NCBI RefSeq assembly: GCF_004010195.1
Contig: NC_057720.1
Coordinates: 11,528,103 to 11,592,102 of the forward strand
Length of the DNA stretch: 64,000 nucleotides
Source: Chiloscyllium plagiosum
Lineage: Eukaryota
Direction of reading: 5' to 3'
Position 1 is the first letter of the stretch, and every line of letters starts with the position of its first letter. Made by a program: the position numbers and the translations under genes. Under the pieces are notes generated by a model that made no database searches, was not told the DNA's origin, and worked only from the letters and a program-made list of their open reading frames with translations. This document shows, piece after piece, positions 63,519 to 64,000 of the stretch.

Positions 63519-63737
63519 AAATGTGTTGCTGGAAAAGTGCAGCAGGTCAGGCAGCATCCAGGGAACAGGAGAATCGACATTTCGGGCATAAGCCCTTCTT
63601 CAGGATTCCTGAAGAAGGGCTTATGCCCGAAACGTCGATTCTCCTGTTCCCTGGATGCTGCCTGACCTGCTGCGCTTTTCCAGCAACACATTTCCAGCTC
63701 TGATCTCCAGCATCTGCAGACCTCACTTTCTCCTCAA
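63519..63737. mobile_element. Young palindromic double-hammerhead mini-element (family 1)
   Basis: ~88-bp near-perfect inverted arms centred on ttcttcagg-att-cctgaagaa, plus tail; 15-bp TSD tgatttctgggatgg at 63504-63518 and 63738-63752. Confidence 0.92.
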
Positions 63738-64000
63738 TGATTTCTGGGATGGCACTATGAAGAAATATTCCATGTTTTGGCCTAAACCACTTTTGGTGGC
63801 AATGAATTCCATCCACCACTCTCTGAGTGAATAAATTTCTCCTGTTCAGTCCTAAAATGTGTACCCCTCATGCTTAGATTGTGACTCCTGGTTCTAGACT
63901 TCCCAGCCATCAGAACATCTTTTCTGCATTTGCCCTGTTTAGTCCTGTGAGCATTTTATAGGTTTCCATGAGACTTCCCCCTCATTCCCCTAAACTCCAG

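Noticed and set aside
63519..63695. miRNA precursor or classic DNA-transposon MITE
   Set aside because: The arms derive from a Penelope terminal repeat, the element has a one-sided tail, and TSDs vary in length and sequence between copies. This fits retrotransposition rather than cut-and-paste transposition.

Overview
Repeat-dense vertebrate genomic DNA, most likely from a cartilaginous fish (shark). The evidence is abundant HE1-type tRNA-derived SINEs, HER1/CR1 LINEs and a DeuSINE. The only host gene I can support is the 3' half of an ST6GALNAC5-like sialyltransferase on the + strand. It has three coding exons (19982-20391, 32350-32457, 46447-46681) with canonical splice sites that join in frame; the N-terminal exons lie upstream of the window. 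The rest is largely nested retroelements: a near full-length decayed CR1 (35248-39652), many CR1/HER1 fragments, other LINE fragments, SINEs, a TA-flanked Tc1/mariner-type MITE, two minisatellites, and one N gap (19235-19618). The most notable signal is a set of about four families of Penelope-like (GIY-YIG) retroelement ends carrying minimal type I hammerhead-ribozyme motifs (CUGANGA-stem II-GAAA-palindromic stem III-UH). Many occur as short (~80-350 bp), non-coding, often palindromic insertions with 6-16 bp target-site duplications. Repeat boundaries were read by eye and are approximate unless a TSD or splice site is quoted. Family names come from recalled consensus features, not database searches.
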